Assembly: GCA_963753975.1 (NCBI GenBank)
Contig: CAVWEH010000002.1
Span: forward strand, 544,001 to 608,000
Source: an uncultured delta proteobacterium
GTDB taxonomy: Bacteria; Desulfobacterota; Syntrophia; Syntrophales; Smithellaceae
Direction: 5' to 3'
Length of the DNA stretch: 64,000 nucleotides
The translations under genes were made by a program, and so were the position numbers. Every line of letters starts with the position of its first letter. Position 1 is the stretch's first letter. Shown one piece after another: positions 42,301 through 52,825 of this stretch. Under the pieces are notes generated by a model, which was given only the letters and a program-made list of their open reading frames with translations, searched no databases and was not told the origin of the DNA.

Positions 42301-43482
42301 CTATCGACATTCCTTGATTGCTTCCGCAAAACCTTCCATGGAATTAATTATCGTTGCATCATCAACGCAGAAGGCAATCCGAAAGTAGCCCGGTCCGCCG
42401 AAACCGCTGCCGGGCACAACCAGTATATTTCTTTTTAGAAGCATCTTAACAAATTCCATATCGTCGGGAATCGGGCTCTGCACAAATAAATAAAACGCGC
42501 CCTCCGGTTTTTCGAATTTGTAACCGGCTTTGGCCAATCCTTCACAAAGAAGATCGCGTTTCTTCTGATAAATCTTGGTATCTACTCTTGCATTCTGCAA
42601 TCTCGCGACGATTCTTTGCATAAAAGCCGGCGCATGGACATAACCCAATATTCTTGTGCAGAGAATCATGGCATTCACAAGGTCAGCGCCGTGTTCGATT
42701 TCGGGATTCATCGCGATATAGCCGATTCTTTCTCCCGGCAGGGAGAGAGTCTTCGAATAAGAATAAGCAACAATACTATTTTTATAGGCTTTCAAAATAC
42801 TCGGCACAACGACATCATCGTAGACAATTTCCACATAGGGCTCATCGGAGACGAGATAAATTATCTTGTTTAGCTCTTTGTTCTTTTCCGTCAAAAGCCT
42901 GACCAGATCGTCTATATTCTGCTGGCTGTAAACTTTCCCCGTGGGATTGTTCGGAGAATTGATCAAAACCGCCTTCGTATTTTCGTTGATCGCCGAGGCT
43001 ACCGCCTTGACGTCCAGAGAAAAGTCAGGATTGGTTTTGACCAATTTAACAACTCCCCGGTAATTATCGATGTAAAAAGGATATTCGACAAAGTACGGCG
43101 TCGGCACGATCACTTCATCTTCGGGATCAAGTATGGATTTGAAAATCACGTTTAAAGCACCAGCGGCCCCGCAGGACATCAGCACATGATCCGCTGTGAG
43201 CTGCAAACCGTAGGTTCTGTTAATTTTGTCTGCAATCGCCTGGCGGGTTTCAGCAAAACCAGCGTTCGGTGCATAGCCGTGCTTCATCGCTATCACTTCG
43301 TGCGCGAGCGCTATCAGCTCTTTCTTAAATTCATTCGGCGGTTCCACATTCGGATTGCCCAGACTGAAATCGTACACTTTATCGGCGCCATGTTTCTTTT
43401 TCATCAGCGCGCCTTCTTCAAACATTTTTCTGATCATTGACGATTTCGAAATAGATGATTTAATCTTCCGGGCGATAGACAT
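42301..43482 (-). CDS. PLP-dependent aminotransferase class I/II (aspartate aminotransferase-like)
   Basis: FSLGNP, NSPNNPTG, SDEPY, SYSKTLSLPGERIG. Confidence 0.93.
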   Translation of the reverse strand: MSIARKIKSSISKSSMIRKMFEEGALMKKKHGADKVYDFSLGNPNVEPPNEFKKELIALAHEVIAMKHGYAPNAGFAETRQAIADKINRTYGLQLTADHVLMSCGAAGALNVIFKSILDPEDEVIVPTPYFVEYPFYIDNYRGVVKLVKTNPDFSLDVKAVASAINENTKAVLINSPNNPTGKVYSQQNIDDLVRLLTEKNKELNKIIYLVSDEPYVEIVYDDVVVPSILKAYKNSIVAYSYSKTLSLPGERIGYIAMNPEIEHGADLVNAMILCTRILGYVHAPAFMQRIVARLQNARVDTKIYQKKRDLLCEGLAKAGYKFEKPEGAFYLFVQSPIPDDMEFVKMLLKRNILVVPGSGFGGPGYFRIAFCVDDATIINSMEGFAEAIKECR

Positions 43483-43517
43483 AAATCCTGAGCTCCTTCG
43501 CGACAGCCGTGGAAAAA

Positions 43518-43835
43518 TTAAGCGTCGTGTTTACGGCGTCTGACCAAAATATACACGCCAATTAAAACCAGAACGGCCGGTAATATATATTGGGAATACT
43601 TGTATAGTTCCAGGCCGTAAAATTCCGTAATCAGAAACAACACACCGACAAAAGTGATAAACCATCCGCCAATATCCTTGAATCTCTGAATCAGAGTGCA
43701 AATGCCGACGACAATAAGCAATATCGGCCAGGTCCGCGAAAAAGAATATGCCCCCGATTTACTCAAGAATATTAATATACCAAGAGTAATTAAAATCATG
43801 CCGCCTGTAAGTACATTATATTTTTGTTTCGCCAT
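43518..43835 (-). CDS. LiaF/DUF5668-like four-TM membrane protein
   Basis: GMILITLGILIFL...WPILLIVVG pattern. Confidence 0.7.
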   Translation of the reverse strand: MAKQKYNVLTGGMILITLGILIFLSKSGAYSFSRTWPILLIVVGICTLIQRFKDIGGWFITFVGVLFLITEFYGLELYKYSQYILPAVLVLIGVYILVRRRKHDA

Positions 43836-43896
43836 AAAAAAATCTCCTTATTCGTATTATCTTCAAGCGGCCGGATTTTACTCCGGCCGCATTAAT

Positions 43897-44112
43897 TGTT
43901 GAAACTCCAATTTCAAAAACGTAGCGCATAATCTAATAACCTGAAGGTCGCAAGATGTCACACGTTGAAATTGGTAAATTGTAATGAGACCCAAGCTTCG
44001 GAAACAAAGTGCACCGAAGCTTGCAGGTCGAATTAATGAAACTCAGATATTACAAACGCAGTGCAGTAATATCTGTTAGCTGAATTAATCCCATAGCCAA
44101 AGGCTATTGGGG
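43897..44112 (+). repeat. 54-bp hairpin-unit array, locus C (three units plus a trailing hairpin)
   Basis: Units at ~43897 (with a 36-bp insert), 43982-44035 and 44034-44087, the last two sharing a TA. Confidence 0.9.
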
Positions 44113-44130
44113 CTATCCCGCAAAGTTGGC

Positions 44131-44895
44131 TCATAATTTTTCCGCTAACTTCAGAAAGGGCTTAAACAAATCAATGGGGATGGGAAATAACGTCGTAGAA
44201 TTGTGTTCCGCAGCAATCTGATTCAACGTTTGCAAGTAACGCAATTGCAGCGACATCGGCTGAGTCTCCATTAAAGCGGCGGCGTCAATAAGTTTCTGTG
44301 CAGCTTGAAATTCGCCTTCGGCATTGATAACCTTGGCGCGCCGTTCTCTCTCCGCTTCTGCCTGTTTGGCAATGGCCCTCTTCATTTCTTCCGGCAGATC
44401 TATCTGTTTCACTTCCACCAGCGATACTTTAATACCCCAGGGCTCGGTACTGCGATCCAGGATTTCCTGCAATTGCATATTGATCTTTTCCCGCTCGGAA
44501 AGAATTTCGTCCAGCTCCACCTGACCGCAAACACTGCGGAGTGTGGTCTGGGCAAGCTGAGAAGTGGCAAAGAGGTAATTTTCGACATTGATCACCGCCG
44601 CATTAGCGTCCATTACGCGGAAATAAACAACGGCGTTAACCTTGATAGAGACATTGTCTTTGGTGATAACATCCTGCGGGGGCACATCCATCGTAATCGT
44701 CCGCATGTCGATCTTCACCACTTTATCGACTACCGGAATTATGATGATCAAACCGGGGCCTTTGACGTCGCGAATCCGTCCCAAACGAAAAACCACAGCC
44801 CTCTCATATTCATTCAATACTCGAATGGCCGAAGCCAAAAACATTACGACCAATACTATAACGACAATTGTCGGCAAAGAAAAAGCTCCAAACAT
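44131..44895 (-). CDS. SPFH/stomatin (slipin) family protein
   Basis: [30 protein letters not shown]. Confidence 0.95.
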   Translation of the reverse strand: MFGAFSLPTIVVIVLVVMFLASAIRVLNEYERAVVFRLGRIRDVKGPGLIIIIPVVDKVVKIDMRTITMDVPPQDVITKDNVSIKVNAVVYFRVMDANAAVINVENYLFATSQLAQTTLRSVCGQVELDEILSEREKINMQLQEILDRSTEPWGIKVSLVEVKQIDLPEEMKRAIAKQAEAERERRAKVINAEGEFQAAQKLIDAAALMETQPMSLQLRYLQTLNQIAAEHNSTTLFPIPIDLFKPFLKLAEKL

Positions 44896-44931
44896 TTTGA
44901 TGATCCTCCTTTTATTGATTTCAAAAAATCT

Positions 44932-46236
44932 CTACTCTTTTTTCATTTCTTCCACGATCAATTTCAATCCTTCAATCTTGACAATTTTTACTTTTGCTCC
45001 CTTTTTTATAGGCTTTCCACTTGTCGCCTTCCAGTATTCGCCTTTAATAAACACTTTCCCTTCATTGGCAATGTCGGTCAAGGCTTCAGTTTCTGAACCA
45101 ATCATTGCTTCTGCTCCTGTTGATTTCTTCCTCATTTGCGCTTTAACAGCCATCCAAATAACGACAATAAAAAAACCGGAGACTAATATTACCGCCGGGA
45201 TTAAAACCTGCAAAGAAATCCGCAATGCCGGTTCCGGTGTATCAAACAAAAGCAATGATCCCAACACCAATGAAATCACGCCACCAACAGTAAGTATTCC
45301 ATGACTCATAACTTTTATCTCCGCAATAAATAAAATAACGCCGAAAATTATCAGCAAAATTCCCGTGTAATTTACCGGCAAGGTGGACAGCCCGAAAAAA
45401 GCCAAGAGTAAAGATATCCCTCCGATTACTCCGGGTAAAATCGCACCCGGTGTAGAGAGTTCAAAATATAAGCCGGCTAGGCCGATCAATAAAAGGATAT
45501 ACGAAATATTGGGGTCGGAAATTGCTGCCAGTATTCCCTGGCGCGTTCCCATCTCTTTATTATTGATTACTGCATTTTTTGTCGATAGTTTCTCCTTATT
45601 ACCGCTCGCCAGTGTCACTTCTTTTTTATCAATTTCGGCCAGAAGCTTCTCCACGTCAGGCGCGATAAAATCGATGACATGTAATTTAAGCGCTTCTTCG
45701 GCCGTTATGGATTCACTTTTTCGTACGGCTTTTTCCACCCATTCTTCAGAACGGCCCCTCGTTTTAGCAATGCTGCGGGCGTACGCGGCGGCATCATTTT
45801 CCACTTTTTCGGACATAGTTTTATCCAACTCTCCGCCGCCGAGGCCAATCGCCACGGGATGAGCAGCGCCGATGTTCGTGCCGGGCGCCATTGCGGCAAT
45901 ATGCGCGGCTTCCGTGATAATCACTCCGGCCGACGCGGCGCGCGCACCGGGAGGATAAACAAAAACGATTACCGGCAAAGGAGCGTTAAGAATGCTCTTG
46001 GCAATATCCCGCATCGCCGTATCCGTTCCACCCGGCGTATCCAGCAATATAATTAATCCTTCGGCGCCGGCTTTTTGCGCCTCTTCAATGCTCCCGGCTA
46101 TATATTTTGCCGAGGGCGACGTGATAACACCTTCAACTTTAATTACGTTGAATACAGGTTTTTTCTCCTGACCCCAAACTCCGCCGCTCAACAATATTAA
46201 TAATACGGCTAATGTATAAATTATTTTTTTGTCCAT
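44932..46236 (-). CDS. nfeD: NfeD-family membrane-bound serine protease
   Basis: LDTPGG, AASAG, IGAAHPV, C-terminal OB (GEYW.A); upstream of the stomatin gene. Confidence 0.92.
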   Translation of the reverse strand: MDKKIIYTLAVLLILLSGGVWGQEKKPVFNVIKVEGVITSPSAKYIAGSIEEAQKAGAEGLIILLDTPGGTDTAMRDIAKSILNAPLPVIVFVYPPGARAASAGVIITEAAHIAAMAPGTNIGAAHPVAIGLGGGELDKTMSEKVENDAAAYARSIAKTRGRSEEWVEKAVRKSESITAEEALKLHVIDFIAPDVEKLLAEIDKKEVTLASGNKEKLSTKNAVINNKEMGTRQGILAAISDPNISYILLLIGLAGLYFELSTPGAILPGVIGGISLLLAFFGLSTLPVNYTGILLIIFGVILFIAEIKVMSHGILTVGGVISLVLGSLLLFDTPEPALRISLQVLIPAVILVSGFFIVVIWMAVKAQMRKKSTGAEAMIGSETEALTDIANEGKVFIKGEYWKATSGKPIKKGAKVKIVKIEGLKLIVEEMKKE

Positions 46237-46268
46237 TATCTTCACCTTTTTGCCTTGACCCTTCCGAC

Positions 46269-46988
46269 CTAAACCCGAACTTCTTTCATTATCATTTGGA
46301 CATCTTCCCAGACAAGTTTTTTTGCCGAGGGATTTCTCAGGAGATATGCCGGATGATACGTCGGCATTAATTTTATGTCTTCGTAAGAATGAAAACGGCC
46401 CCGCAGCGCAGATATCGGAATATCGGTTTTGAGAAGCGTTTGCGCGGCAAAAGTTCCCAAAGCGCAGATTACCTGGGGCGAAATAACTTGCAATTGCTTC
46501 TTTAAAAACGGTTCGCATAACGCTATCTCCGAAGGCAAGGGATTACGATTGCCGGGTGGACGGCATTTAAGTATGTTGCAGATATAAACGTCCTTGCGCT
46601 TCAAACCCATAGCCTCTATAATTTTCGTCAAAAGCTGACCGGCTCTTCCGACAAAAGGCACGCCCTGTTCATCTTCGTCGGCCCCGGGAGCTTCACCCAC
46701 AAAAACAATGCGCGCGGAAGGATTTCCATCGCCAAATACTAAATTGCGTCTGGTCTTGCCCAGCGGACAAAGATGGCAGGCTTTCATCTCCTTATATATC
46801 TTTTCTAAATCCGCCCCTTTATTACCGGTAAGATTTTCGATTTTGGCGAGTGGTGGCGGTTTTTTTCCCCATTCCAGCCCGACGGACAAACTTTCTTGAT
46901 TCGCAACATATCCCTTGATCGCCTTAACTACGGACAACAATTCTTCATGCAGCTGATTGTTGGATGGTAACAAAAATAATTCCGCCAT
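46269..46988 (-). CDS. Uracil-DNA glycosylase, family 4
   Basis: CxxC, GEAPG, FVGRAG, KCRPP.NR, TYHPAYLLR. Confidence 0.93.
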   Translation of the reverse strand: MAELFLLPSNNQLHEELLSVVKAIKGYVANQESLSVGLEWGKKPPPLAKIENLTGNKGADLEKIYKEMKACHLCPLGKTRRNLVFGDGNPSARIVFVGEAPGADEDEQGVPFVGRAGQLLTKIIEAMGLKRKDVYICNILKCRPPGNRNPLPSEIALCEPFLKKQLQVISPQVICALGTFAAQTLLKTDIPISALRGRFHSYEDIKLMPTYHPAYLLRNPSAKKLVWEDVQMIMKEVRV

Positions 46989-48199
46989 TACTTTTTGCCG
47001 CCGCCTTTCTTCTTAACCAAGTTTTTGACATGATTCAGAATTTCTTCGGCCGCTTCGATTTTGGTCATTTTGCTCAAAGATTCAGTCTTGCCTTTGTCAT
47101 CAATTATCGTAATTATATTGGTGTCGGCCTGAAAACCGGCGTCATCTTGGCGCAAGTCATTGGCGACAATCAAATCCATATTTTTCTCTTCCAGTTTTGC
47201 CTTCGCATTGGCTAAGAGATTTTGTGTCTCCATGGCAAATCCGACCAATATGCGTTGGCCCTTGTTTTTCCCAATTTCCGCGATTATATCCGGATTTCTC
47301 GTGAGCGTGAGCGAGAGAGGTTTTTTATCCTTTTTGATTTTATCCCTGGAGAAAACACTCGGCCTGTAGTCAGCAACGGCGGCAGCCTTAATAATGATCG
47401 TAGCCGCTTTATAATTCTCCAATACTGCTTTATACATATCGCGCGCCGTCCGCACCTCGATTAATCTTTGCGCCTTGGGAAAAGGCAAAGAGGTTCGTCC
47501 GGTAATCAACGTTACATGAGCGCCGCGTCTGCCGGCAACTCTAGCCAAGGCGTACCCCATTTTCCCCGAGGACATATTCGTAATAAACCGCACCGGATCG
47601 AGCGGTTCCTCCGTCGGCCCCGCAGTAATTAAAATTTTTTCCCCGGCAAAATCCTTAGGAGTCAAGAGCGATTCAATTTCCTCGATGATTTCCTGGATAT
47701 CAGGAAGACGGCCGGCACCTTCGGTTTTGCAGGCCAATTCTCCCACGCCACTGTCCATAACGGCATAACCGTGACTTTTCAGTTTGTTGATATTTTCCTG
47801 CACAATGGGATTTGTGAGCATCTTATCGTTCATTGCCGGACAAATCAAAGTAGGTTTATCCGCAGCCATAATCGTCGTCGAGAGCAGATCATCGGCAATG
47901 CCTGATGCAATCTTTCCGATGATGTTGCCCGTCGCCGGCGCTATAACAAACGCATCGGCAAATTGTACAAGAGCGATATGAGCCATGTCATATTTATCGG
48001 TAAGCACAAACATTTCCGTGTACGCCATACCGCCGGAAAGAGTTTGCAGGGTTAAGGGAGAAATAAACGCCGTCGCGCTTTTGGTCATGATAACTTTTAC
48101 CTCGGCGCCTTCCTTAACGAGCGCGCGTGTTAATTCCGCCGATTTATAAGCGGCAATTCCACCCGTAATTCCCAAAACAATTTTCTTCCCTTTAAGCAT
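46988..48199 (-). CDS. coaBC: Phosphopantothenoylcysteine decarboxylase/ligase
   Basis: GGIAAYK, PAMN, TAGPTEE..DPVRFITN.SSGKMG, AAVADY. Confidence 0.96.
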   Translation of the reverse strand: MLKGKKIVLGITGGIAAYKSAELTRALVKEGAEVKVIMTKSATAFISPLTLQTLSGGMAYTEMFVLTDKYDMAHIALVQFADAFVIAPATGNIIGKIASGIADDLLSTTIMAADKPTLICPAMNDKMLTNPIVQENINKLKSHGYAVMDSGVGELACKTEGAGRLPDIQEIIEEIESLLTPKDFAGEKILITAGPTEEPLDPVRFITNMSSGKMGYALARVAGRRGAHVTLITGRTSLPFPKAQRLIEVRTARDMYKAVLENYKAATIIIKAAAVADYRPSVFSRDKIKKDKKPLSLTLTRNPDIIAEIGKNKGQRILVGFAMETQNLLANAKAKLEEKNMDLIVANDLRQDDAGFQADTNIITIIDDKGKTESLSKMTKIEAAEEILNHVKNLVKKKGGGKK

Positions 48200-48545
48200 A
48201 ATCTTGCCTCTGTGGTTGGTTACTAGAAGAATATAACAACGTTTTATCACAAGATCAAGGCATAACTGTCTGAAAAATAGCGCTGTACGGAAAGGTTTAT
48301 CTTTTAATTTCGCTTTGCATATCAAGCGGTTTAAACTACAAAAAGAAAAAAGCGGCAGATTACTACGTGTTTCTGTGAAGGAAACTTACCATAATTTTTC
48401 CAGCTGTTAAAAAGGGAGAATTGTCGTGCAAGCGAAAATAATATCAATAGAAAAATGCGCATATAAAATGCTGAACAGCTGACCTGCCATTAGATCCAGC
48501 ATGCGCCGGATTAACGGCTTTAATCTTAGTATTCTGGTTCTGCCG

Positions 48546-49412
48546 TTAACTTTTGTTGATGTCACGATGGGTCAAATTGACCATGTACTTCATCGTGGAA
48601 AAGTAAGAACCCAATTCATTGGCCATAACTACAGAGCGGTGTTTTCCGCCGGTACAGCCCAGGGCAACATTTAAACGAGCTTTTCCTTCTTTTTCATAGA
48701 GAGGAATAAGTAAGGTCATTAAGTCCGATATTTTTTTCAAAAATTCCTTGCTTTCTTTGTTTTTCAAAACATAGTCTTTAACGGCGGCATGGTGGCCGTC
48801 GAAGTTTTTTAAATTTTCAACAAAGTAAGGATTGGGCAAAAACCTTACGTCAAAAACAAGATCGGCATCGGCGGGCAATCCGTAGCGATAGCCGAAGGAA
48901 GTAACATTAACGGCCATTTTATTATACCCGGAAGACGGAAGAAAATGCCTCTGTACTATATCTTTCAGTTGGTGAACGTTAATGGAAGTTGTATCGATAA
49001 TTTTATCCGCCATTTGTTTCAATGGCAATAATTTTTCTCTCTCCAACCGGATGCCCTCCATAACGGGACCTTTTTCCGAAAGAGGATGAATACGTCTTGT
49101 TTCGCTAAATCGATGCAAAAGAGAATCGTCACTGGATTCCAGGAAGAGAATGGCGATTTTGTAACCCTTGTCTTTCAAGCGCGTAAATATTCGCTGGTAC
49201 TTATCGAGGAAACTCCTTTCGCGCAGGTCCATGACCATCGCTACCCGATCTATTTCCGGCGAGGAATGAGTGGTGATATCAAGGAATTTCGGCAGCAGAA
49301 CAACCGGCAGGTTATCTACACAAAAAAAACCTATATCTTCCAATGCCCGCAGGGCTGTACTTTTACCGGAGCCGGAAAGGCCTGTGATAATTACAACTCG
49401 CAGATTTTTCAT
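48546..49412 (-). CDS. rapZ: RNase adapter RapZ (YhbJ/YvcJ)
   Basis: [32 protein letters not shown]. Confidence 0.95.
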   Translation of the reverse strand: MKNLRVVIITGLSGSGKSTALRALEDIGFFCVDNLPVVLLPKFLDITTHSSPEIDRVAMVMDLRERSFLDKYQRIFTRLKDKGYKIAILFLESSDDSLLHRFSETRRIHPLSEKGPVMEGIRLEREKLLPLKQMADKIIDTTSINVHQLKDIVQRHFLPSSGYNKMAVNVTSFGYRYGLPADADLVFDVRFLPNPYFVENLKNFDGHHAAVKDYVLKNKESKEFLKKISDLMTLLIPLYEKEGKARLNVALGCTGGKHRSVVMANELGSYFSTMKYMVNLTHRDINKS

Positions 49413-49900
49413 TCAACCGTCCTTTTAAACTGCTGAATGGCTTTTTTTAGCAGATTTTTATCAAAATAGCCAGAAGATGGAATTTTTACCTGCACACGGG
49501 GTAATTTAGTTCCGAGGACTTCCATCTCTCCGCTATCTAAAGAGAAGCGGGATACGACAGCCTTTCTAACTTCTATAATTCCTGCAAGAATTGTCTCTCT
49601 TTTAATCTTTTGGGAATCCAATACTTTTTTTACGGAAACGATTCCCGTTTCTTTTGTATGTAACAGGTTCCTGATTTTCGCATGCCCGCGGGCTATCAAT
49701 GCTCCCTTTTCATTTCTTTGGACAACGGCAATATCATCGGCAATCCAACAATTACCTTCCTTGGCCAACGCCAGAGCGGCCGTTGTTTTTCCTATTCCGC
49801 TCGGCCCTGTAATTAATATGCCTCTACCCTGACATTCAAAAACAACGCCATGGAAATTCGCAATTTCCTGCATTTTCTGGCTAATTAAACCTTCCCCCAA
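49409..49900 (-). CDS. hprK: HPr kinase/phosphorylase-like protein, catalytic domain only
   Basis: HGV....[19 protein letters not shown]; lies between ptsN and rapZ; true start may be 49873. Confidence 0.75.
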   Translation of the reverse strand: MGEGLISQKMQEIANFHGVVFECQGRGILITGPSGIGKTTAALALAKEGNCWIADDIAVVQRNEKGALIARGHAKIRNLLHTKETGIVSVKKVLDSQKIKRETILAGIIEVRKAVVSRFSLDSGEMEVLGTKLPRVQVKIPSSGYFDKNLLKKAIQQFKRTVE

Positions 49901-49966
49901 GTTTTGTACTCATTAAAAGCGTATAATTTCTAAGCGATTTTATTATCTAAGGCGAAATATAGCGGA

Positions 49967-50434
49967 TTAAAGGAGGCAGGATTCATCTTGATCGATAATT
50001 ATTTTATACAAATCGCCCCGGGAATTTGCTTCCAATAGCTTTTCGCGAAAACTAGCTACTTTCAACATTTTGGAGATTTTGGCCAAAGCTTTTAAATGCT
50101 GACCGGCCGAATTTTCCGGTGCTAAAAGCAGGAAAAAAAGATGGACGGGTTTGCCGTCTATGGAATCAAAGGCAATGCCTTCTTTGCTGCGCCCGAAAGC
50201 AACAACAAGTTTTTCCAGGTTGGGAACTTTGCCATGAGGAATGGCAATACCGTCACCTATTCCCGTGGAACCGAGATTTTCTCTCTGTTTTAAAACTTCG
50301 ACAACCGCGGCAGAATCGAGTTTAAGTCCTCCCTTGATTATTGTATTAACCAACTCTTGCAAGGCTTCATCTTTGTTCTTTGCCGACAAGTTATCATTAA
50401 TAAATCCACTGTTAAAAATCTGAGCCAGCTGCAT
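49967..50434 (-). CDS. ptsN: PTS EIIA (nitrogen-regulatory) protein
   Basis: RENLGSTGIGDGIAIPHG, FDSIDGKPV. Confidence 0.93.
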   Translation of the reverse strand: MQLAQIFNSGFINDNLSAKNKDEALQELVNTIIKGGLKLDSAAVVEVLKQRENLGSTGIGDGIAIPHGKVPNLEKLVVAFGRSKEGIAFDSIDGKPVHLFFLLLAPENSAGQHLKALAKISKMLKVASFREKLLEANSRGDLYKIIIDQDESCLL

Positions 50435-50632
50435 TTCGACACCTAATCGGCGATTTTCTGAAGAATTTTAGTACTTTATTTTTTCCGTTTTACGATTCAA
50501 AGAAGCCATAAATATTGCGGGCAAACATTTAATATATTTATGATTCTTTCCCTGCGCCGAACCTTTATTTTTTTTCATTTTCATATTTTAGTCAGGATTT
50601 TAGAATATAAGATCAATTGATACAATGGCTGG

Positions 50633-51166
50633 TCAGCTGTTTGTCTCGATCAGTGCATAATTCCCGTCATCGCGCCGGTAGACCAAACTTACCTTTTCGG
50701 AAGAGGAATCTCGATAAATTATAAAGCGGCTTTTGGTTCCTTCCAGCTCCATCACCGCTTCATCGAGCGACATGGGTTTCAGTACTATTTTGCGCGTTTC
50801 TGCGATTTTGTTTGCTACTGATTCTTCTGTCTGCGCTCCCTCATTTACGCTCTCCATGCTGCGGCGAATACTTTTAGGCTTATGTTCTCTGATTTTATCT
50901 TTTTGTTTTTTCAGCTGTTTTTCAATTTTCTCTATACAGTTATCAATAGCCGTGCGCATGTCTTTGGCTTCTTCCCTGGCATTTACATTCCACCCGTTCG
51001 CGCTCAGATTTATTTCCGCAAAATTTCTGAATTTTTCCACAGAGAGGATGATATGAACTTCGGCCGGCGCATCTACGTATTTATTCAGCCTCTGAATTCT
51101 TTCTTCGGCGTAAACTTTTTGCCATTTCTCACCTTCACCGCTTCTGAAAGTCACCGAAATTTTCAT
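50633..51166 (-). CDS. hpf: Ribosome hibernation factor (long HPF)
   Basis: S30AE domain plus KPMSLDEA...VYRRDDG; downstream of rpoN. Confidence 0.9.
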   Translation of the reverse strand: MKISVTFRSGEGEKWQKVYAEERIQRLNKYVDAPAEVHIILSVEKFRNFAEINLSANGWNVNAREEAKDMRTAIDNCIEKIEKQLKKQKDKIREHKPKSIRRSMESVNEGAQTEESVANKIAETRKIVLKPMSLDEAVMELEGTKSRFIIYRDSSSEKVSLVYRRDDGNYALIETNS

Positions 51167-51319
51167 TATTTTACCTCCTCCTTAATACGCATCTCACGGT
51201 ATACGTTGTCACGGCTTGATAGCATGATGACAATAAAGGTAAGTGGTATATTAATGTAAAAGCCGAAAGTCAATTCCTTTTTATTTTTTCTTTTTTAATA
51301 ATGACCACTTATAATAATT

Positions 51320-52798
51320 CTAAAAATATTTTTTCCTTTTTGAAGAAGGTAAAATACCCATCATCTCCCTGTATTTGGCAACAGTACGGCGGGCGATATC
51401 AATACCGTTTTCTTTCAGCAAATCCGCTATTTCACAATCACTATATGGTTTTTTCGGTTTTTCTTTGGCGATTATCTTCTTAATTTCTGCTTTCACGCTT
51501 TTGGAGGCAATATTTTCCCCGGATACTCTTTGAATGGAACTGCCGAAGAAGTACTTCATTTCAAAGATTCCCCGCGGCGTATGCATGTATTTATTGGTCA
51601 CTACGCGGCTAATGGTGGATTCGTGCATTTCCACATCATCGGCAATATCACGCAATACCAGCGGCTTGAGAAAATTGATGCCCTTGTCAAAAAAATCCTT
51701 TTGATATTTAACGATGCTTTCCGCGACTTTATAGATCGTTTTTTGCCGCTGCTGGATACTTTTAATCAACCAAGTGGCCGACTGCACTTTCTCTCTGATG
51801 TATTTTTTTCCGTTTTCTTCATTGTTGCGGCCGTGAGCGCCAATTCCCGCCATAATTTCACGGTAAAAATTACTGATGCGCAAATGAGGTAAACCATCAT
51901 CATTGAGAATTATTTTATATTCATCTCCGGATTTGACAACATAAACATCGGGAATGATTGCTTGAATTTTTTCTTCGGAATAAACGCTGCCCGGTCGGGG
52001 ATCCATGCTGCTGATCAATAATACCGCCTTCTCTATTTCGTGCAGGTGTATTTTTAATTTGCGGGCAATATGGACATAATTTTTCAGTTCCAAATCCTTA
52101 AGATAGTCTCTGATAATAACTTCAATAATCGGGTTTTTATTCACGCCCAGCATTCGCGCTTGGATTAACAAACATTCCTGCAAACTGCGGGCGGCTATTC
52201 CGGGCGGATCGAATTCCTGAATCTTTTTCAGAACGGTTTCCACGAATTCTTCACCAACATTTTCGAGAACGGCGATTTCCGCCACAGTCGCACATAAATA
52301 GCCATTCACGTCAAGATTGCCGATAATTTGGGTGCCGATACGCATTTCCTCTTCAGTAAAAGGTGAAAGCTTCATTTGCCACATCAAATATTTTGTCAGC
52401 GATTGACTTTCGGTAAGAACATTATCCCAGGAAGGCGCTTCCGTATCTCTGCGGCCGTAAGTTACCCCGACCGGACCATAATCTTCCAGATAGTTATTCC
52501 AGTCAAATTCCTCACGCCCGTCTCCTTCTCCGGTAACCTCTCCCGTACGTTCTATCTGTTTTACATCTTCTTCACGTTCAATAGATTGAACATCATCTTC
52601 GCCTTGGGCCTGAACTTCCTCCTCATTTCCTTCGTCCGGGGAAACTTCTTCCAGGAGGGGATTTTCTTCCAATTCCTGATTGATTGTATCGACAAGTTCC
52701 AGTCTGGATAGCTGCAGTAATTTTATGGCCTGCTGCAGTTGCGGTGTCATAATTAACTGTTGGGAAAGTTTTAGATTCTGTTTTAACTCAAACGCCAT
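51320..52798 (-). CDS. rpoN: RNA polymerase sigma-54 factor
   Basis: MTPQLQQAIKLLQL, HESTISR, ARRTVAKYR RpoN box. Confidence 0.98.
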   Translation of the reverse strand: MAFELKQNLKLSQQLIMTPQLQQAIKLLQLSRLELVDTINQELEENPLLEEVSPDEGNEEEVQAQGEDDVQSIEREEDVKQIERTGEVTGEGDGREEFDWNNYLEDYGPVGVTYGRRDTEAPSWDNVLTESQSLTKYLMWQMKLSPFTEEEMRIGTQIIGNLDVNGYLCATVAEIAVLENVGEEFVETVLKKIQEFDPPGIAARSLQECLLIQARMLGVNKNPIIEVIIRDYLKDLELKNYVHIARKLKIHLHEIEKAVLLISSMDPRPGSVYSEEKIQAIIPDVYVVKSGDEYKIILNDDGLPHLRISNFYREIMAGIGAHGRNNEENGKKYIREKVQSATWLIKSIQQRQKTIYKVAESIVKYQKDFFDKGINFLKPLVLRDIADDVEMHESTISRVVTNKYMHTPRGIFEMKYFFGSSIQRVSGENIASKSVKAEIKKIIAKEKPKKPYSDCEIADLLKENGIDIARRTVAKYREMMGILPSSKRKKYF

Positions 52799-52825
52799 AA
52801 CAAATATTCATAATTCGCTGATTTT

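Noticed and set aside
43897..44087. CRISPR array reading of the 54-bp units
   Set aside because: At most three units per locus, units abut with no unique spacers, and there are no cas genes
46237..48325. Extended N-termini given for nfeD (46518) and coaBC (48325)
   Set aside because: The nfeD extension overlaps udg and the coaBC extension precedes the conserved start; downstream ATGs at 46236 and 48199 fit better
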